The notes under the pieces: model-generated
What the model was told of the DNA's origin: nothing
The model's database searches: none
The model's input: the letters and a program-made list of their open reading frames with translations, nothing else
Program-made: the position numbers and the translations under genes
Origin: a virus
Direction: 5' to 3' (one strand)
IMG/VR virus record: IMGVR_UViG_3300009285_002342
Location: 32,001 to 96,000 of that record
DNA: 64,000 nucleotides
Shown: one piece after another, positions 60,388 through 64,000 of the stretch
Position numbering within the stretch: the first letter of the stretch is position 1
Layout: each line of letters opens with the position of its first letter

Positions 60388-60816
60388 TTAAGTCGCGGAA
60401 GTCCTACGGGTTAAAACTCCATCGCCTTGGAACGTAACAGACAACGTGGCCAAACTTCCTACAGCCCCCGCAATCGGCGTATAGGAAGGAAGCAGAACGT
60501 TTCCTGTCCATCGTGGATTAACAGCAGTAGAAGCGGAAGATTTAGCTCTAGTTGTAATCCACTTAGCAGTAGACCCGATATAAGGCCAAAGTGTAGCATC
60601 TACCTTTGAGGCTGCAAGATCCTGGTTAAATTCTACTGTTACGGAAAAATCTTTAAGCCCGGAAATTCTTCGTCTGCCCGAAGAACCCATAGCGGTTTTG
60701 TCCAGCATTTCCGCATTCGCCGTTACCGTTACTGACCGTACATAGGAACTGAGATTTACAACAGCTGCCGTAGTTCCGATCTTAAAGACGCCTTTGTTAA
60801 ACATGAATTCTGCCAT
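60388..60816 (-). CDS. tail tube protein paralog 3 (core only)
   Basis: LDKTAMGS.GRRRISGLKDFSVTVEFNQD. Confidence 0.8.
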   Translation of the reverse strand: MAEFMFNKGVFKIGTTAAVVNLSSYVRSVTVTANAEMLDKTAMGSSGRRRISGLKDFSVTVEFNQDLAASKVDATLWPYIGSTAKWITTRAKSSASTAVNPRWTGNVLLPSYTPIAGAVGSLATLSVTFQGDGVLTRRTSAT

Positions 60817-60832
60817 TTTCTTTTCTCCTTAG

Positions 60833-61576
60833 TTATTGGATTGCTAATGCCAAAACAGCGGTCATTTTACTATTTGTAGACCCGGTAGAATCAATTCTCC
60901 ACCGATACCAAGTATGGACAGTACTTCCGTTCGTAGACTTAAATTGGGCACTTACCCTCGTAGACCATCCTACGGCGTCCATATTAATTGCCGTAGTTAG
61001 GGAACCAAAGCCGGATGAACTGGAAGTTTGAACCTTAGCTCGAATCGTATGGGTTCCACCGGAAGACGAAATTCCCCTTACGTGCATTATTCCGTAAAGC
61101 TTTTTCGTAGTTCCTTTTACGCCTAGATTTTGCGGTGTTGCGGAAAGGGCGGTGGAAAGTCCTGTGCCGGCTTGCGCTATTACGCCTCTTACAGCTTCGT
61201 CGTCTCCGTAACAGGCGAAGTTAAAGCGCATCATTTCCCCTATTCTACCGGCCGGCGAATATTCGGAAAGAACATCTTGCCCCGAATAGCAGATCGCACC
61301 TAGCGAAGAACCGTGCGCTACCGTAATTACCGAAGCGGTAGAACCAAGTTTAGAGAAAATATGCGGATCGTTTTTTTGCGTAGTGGCAGCGTTATAAAAA
61401 CCGCCGCCGGTGACTTGAAAATCCTTTAACCCGGCCATTCTACGTCTGCCCGAAGATCCGAAGACAGTTTTATCTAATACGTCTGCGGATTGAGTTACCG
61501 TCACTTCGTTCATATCTCCAGAAAGGTCCGCACCGCCGAAAAGGATTTTTGCGTTTTTTAAGGCAAATTCACCCAT
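60833..61576 (-). CDS. tail tube protein paralog 2 (core + C-terminal domain)
   Basis: LDKTVFGS.GRRRMAGLKDF. Confidence 0.75.
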   Translation of the reverse strand: MGEFALKNAKILFGGADLSGDMNEVTVTQSADVLDKTVFGSSGRRRMAGLKDFQVTGGGFYNAATTQKNDPHIFSKLGSTASVITVAHGSSLGAICYSGQDVLSEYSPAGRIGEMMRFNFACYGDDEAVRGVIAQAGTGLSTALSATPQNLGVKGTTKKLYGIMHVRGISSSGGTHTIRAKVQTSSSSGFGSLTTAINMDAVGWSTRVSAQFKSTNGSTVHTWYRWRIDSTGSTNSKMTAVLALAIQ

Positions 61577-61588
61577 TTTCTTTTTCCT

Positions 61589-62308
61589 TTACTGACTTAA
61601 TCTTACGTTAGCATACCCTGCGGTATAATTGCCTGTTTTTATTCCAATTCTATAATAAGTTCCGTCTTCTGGTTCAATTCCTACGGTTTCGGTATTCGTC
61701 GAGAAAGAAGAAACATCATTTTCGCTTCCGGTAGAACCAAATTTTCTTTGCACAGTAACACTTCCTTCCCAAGTGGTAGATACAGCAACAGAAGCGTTAA
61801 ATAGATCGTAAAGTTTACCCCATCTTGTCCAAGAATCCCCTTCCGTACATCTAGCGGTTAACGACGTTCCTTCATATGCAATCGGCGTAGAAGATCTTAT
61901 TAAAACCCCATCACCAATAATTTCCGCATTACTTATTGCTAAAGTCCCTATAGAACCAGAAATAGGAACGTATGAACGAAGTAAGAATTTACCGTAATAT
62001 CTTGGATTCCCATCATTAACCTGACTAGAGTTTAATTTAACCGAAAGCCAATTTGCCGTACTACCTAACATATTCCAAAGTGAAATATCGGGACCGCTTA
62101 ATGCAAAAGATTGGTTTAATATAAGTTTAGAATTCCAATCTTTCAATCCTGAAATTCTTTTTCTTCCAAAACTACCGCAAGCAGTTTTATCTAAAGATTC
62201 TGAACGATAAGTTAACGTTATTTCTTTAACAAAATTTGAAATATTAGCAGGATGAACAGACGAACCTAATTTAATTTCTGCATTTTTTAAAGTGAATTTT
62301 CCACCCAT
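61589..62308 (-). CDS. tail tube protein paralog 1 (core + different C-terminal domain)
   Basis: LDKTACGS.GRKRISGLKDW. Confidence 0.75.
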   Translation of the reverse strand: MGGKFTLKNAEIKLGSSVHPANISNFVKEITLTYRSESLDKTACGSFGRKRISGLKDWNSKLILNQSFALSGPDISLWNMLGSTANWLSVKLNSSQVNDGNPRYYGKFLLRSYVPISGSIGTLAISNAEIIGDGVLIRSSTPIAYEGTSLTARCTEGDSWTRWGKLYDLFNASVAVSTTWEGSVTVQRKFGSTGSENDVSSFSTNTETVGIEPEDGTYYRIGIKTGNYTAGYANVRLSQ

Positions 62309-62309
62309 A

Positions 62310-62717
62310 TTAACACGTAGTCCAAACTATGAAATCTTGTGCGCGATGATAAGTTATTTTATCGGTTTCCGGATTAATATCGGGAACGTCATATTTACCG
62401 TCGAAAAATATCCTTTGTACTTTAAAATTGCTGCTTCCTAACGTTCCTGTTTTGTCTCTTAAAATTGTTTTTATTTGCGTAGAAACCGATACAACATTAG
62501 AATACGAAGTTGACCAAGAACTGATTTGCATTCGAAACATTCGTATTTTCGGATCGGCAATCATCGTATGCACCGGGACTTCGCTTATTTCCTGATAAGT
62601 GATAAACGGTTTCCTAGCACCTTGCGGCGCTACTATCGGATAAATCCGATTACTGGTTAAAGCGGTAATAGCGGTAGTTGCTTTAATTTGCGAATATATA
62701 GCTTCGGATAGATCCAA
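62310..62717 (-). CDS. tail terminator/completion protein (DUF3168-like)
   Basis: RIYP..APQ...PFITY...RMQISSW. Confidence 0.8.
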   Translation of the reverse strand: MDLSEAIYSQIKATTAITALTSNRIYPIVAPQGARKPFITYQEISEVPVHTMIADPKIRMFRMQISSWSTSYSNVVSVSTQIKTILRDKTGTLGSSNFKVQRIFFDGKYDVPDINPETDKITYHRAQDFIVWTTC

Positions 62718-62723
62718 GGATTA

Positions 62724-62765
62724 CCTTCTACGCTTCGCAGAACCGTTTTTAAGACGTTTAAATTT
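62724..62765. repeat. dispersed element, copy 6 (rearranged half copy)
   Basis: CCTTCTACGCTTCG followed by the reverse complement of the right arm (CAGAACCGTTTTTAAGACGTTTAAATT). Confidence 0.65.
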
Positions 62766-63330
62766 CGAAGGCATGCCTCCCCTTCCTATTCCATTTTTCT
62801 TCGACTAAAGTTACTACGGTGTCTTTAATTAATACTTCTATCATATTCCGATTACTATCTACAGTAGAACGGAAAAATGGTTGCGCAGGCATGGGCCCTA
62901 TTCCGTATATTCCACCGCCTAAATTCTTAGCGGAATAAAATCTTCCGTTACTAAGCCAAACCCATCTTGCCCCTGGCGCTGTCTTCTTCGCTTTATCCGT
63001 AGCAATACGATAACCTTGCGTACCGAATTCTACCCAGTGCCAATGCGGTGCCTTTCTTCTATCTACCGCTACAAAAACCGAAGGGGAACCTTTTACCTTA
63101 GAACGAAATTTTTTAGCGACGATTGATTTATTTAACTTGTTATCGTGCGCTAAACCACTATCAGGAGTATTACTGCGTATTTCGTCGCGTAGATATTTAC
63201 CTATTAGGAGCAATGATTCTTCTGTTACTCTGTCGTCAGCGAAAGTCATTATTTCATGAAAAGCGGCTAAAACCTCGTCCAATCCTTGAATCGATACGTC
63301 TGCCCCGCCGCCCCTTAACGTAGTCGCCAT
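62758..63330 (-). CDS. HK97 gp10-like tail/neck protein
   Basis: IQGLDE, L.KSI, HWVEFGT, MPAQPFFR. Confidence 0.85.
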   Translation of the reverse strand: MATTLRGGGADVSIQGLDEVLAAFHEIMTFADDRVTEESLLLIGKYLRDEIRSNTPDSGLAHDNKLNKSIVAKKFRSKVKGSPSVFVAVDRRKAPHWHWVEFGTQGYRIATDKAKKTAPGARWVWLSNGRFYSAKNLGGGIYGIGPMPAQPFFRSTVDSNRNMIEVLIKDTVVTLVEEKWNRKGRHAFEI

Positions 63331-63663
63331 TTACGTACTTTCCGTAACGTAGATATCCAGCATTTTATTTCGTTCTTCTACGTTTATTGCATCTTTAATA
63401 TTAAAATATCGCGTACCAAAACGGATTCGCCACTTCGGCCCGATTTCCGCCCCGGTAGAACTTTTTCGATATCGAATTTGTACCCTATCTATCGTAACAG
63501 ATTGAACCTGTTGATTTGCAAAATATTCTTTTCCCCTAGTCCGGTAAATCGCTCCCATCGTATTAAAATCGGTAGTCCACGTAACTACTTCTTCACCGTA
63601 GGTATTAGCGGAAGTTCCGGGTTTTTGAAAAAACAACTTGTGTCTTAATTCGCCAGCTCTCAA
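63331..63663 (-). CDS. head closure / head-tail adaptor
   Basis: MRAGELRH...G.E, IRY, RI...R.FNI. Confidence 0.88.
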   Translation of the reverse strand: MRAGELRHKLFFQKPGTSANTYGEEVVTWTTDFNTMGAIYRTRGKEYFANQQVQSVTIDRVQIRYRKSSTGAEIGPKWRIRFGTRYFNIKDAINVEERNKMLDIYVTEST

Positions 63664-64000
63664 AACGTTTTTATCCTATACGAAGAAAGAAGTCTTTTAG
63701 CCGGAGTGGGGATTGAGTTAATAGGTTGTCCTACTATGAAATTTTCCCTTTGCTCATAAAGATCGGAAACGATTAATTTTATCGCGTGTCTTATTAGCGC
63801 AGGTACGAATCTTCCACCCGAAGAAGCGCCGGAAGTCGGATAACCACAACGAAATTCTATAGAAATCGGGTTACTTTGCGCTAATGTATCGGTAGGCCAA
63901 TCGTCGTTATAATCCAAAACTAATCTTCCCGGCTCGCTTACCGTATCGGAATCCCATTTCGTAGAAGAAAGAGTTTGAGTTGACTGCGTACTATTTGTGT
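63660..64000 (-). CDS. head-tail connector (HK97 gp6-like), 5'-truncated by the window end
   Basis: SEPGRL...WP...I.F.CGY...VP.LIRHAIKL.VS.LYEQRE. Confidence 0.85.
   Translation of the reverse strand, partial: TNSTQSTQTLSSTKWDSDTVSEPGRLVLDYNDDWPTDTLAQSNPISIEFRCGYPTSGASSGGRFVPALIRHAIKLIVSDLYEQRENFIVGQPINSIPTPAKRLLSSYRIKTF

Noticed and set aside
9509-62765. Dispersed repeat with ~35-nt core read as CRISPR repeat-spacer units
   Set aside because: The two arms differ and are inverted rather than direct; copies are single and dispersed; cores are partly similar to each other; no cas genes
791-63323. Plus-strand ORFs in the ORF track
   Set aside because: All are short antisense shadows of well-supported minus-strand genes and have no recognisable motifs
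1-64000. Alternative genetic code / stop-codon reassignment
   Set aside because: Long genes are intact under the standard code, and TAA, TAG and TGA all end genes at overlapping junctions

Overview
A 64-kb segment of a large tailed (siphovirus-like) bacteriophage genome; essentially every gene is on the minus strand. Read in the direction of transcription (right to left) it contains: (1) head-tail joining and tail genes, including three tandem paralogous tail-tube genes, a tail chaperone with a -1 frameshift, the tape measure and a large tail protein with a beta-helix; (2) a lysis module; (3) early genes behind sigma70-type promoters; (4) a self-sufficient replisome (iteron-bearing initiator, primase, DnaB-like helicase, DnaE fused to an intein-interrupted UDG domain, beta clamp, clamp loader, SSB, RecA/UvsY, flap nuclease, split SbcC plus SbcD); (5) nucleotide metabolism genes; (6) a tRNA-Ile and several structured RNAs. 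The most unusual element is a ~12-kb candidate DNA-hypermodification island (21.3-33.5 kb). It encodes two SPL-like radical SAM enzymes, a DUF2156/MprF-C-like transferase, an aldo-keto reductase, an MTase-like protein, a Mom-like enzyme, a PAPS-reductase-like protein, an N6/N4 MTase, two HD proteins and a second clamp-like protein. Many of these proteins share a terminal KGF[FG] peptide that also occurs in DnaE (candidate private clamp-binding motif). Core genes also look CA/TG-poor and CG-rich in spot counts. A family of six dispersed ~90-bp bipartite palindromic intergenic elements is also present. All calls come from motif reading by eye; no database searches were run.
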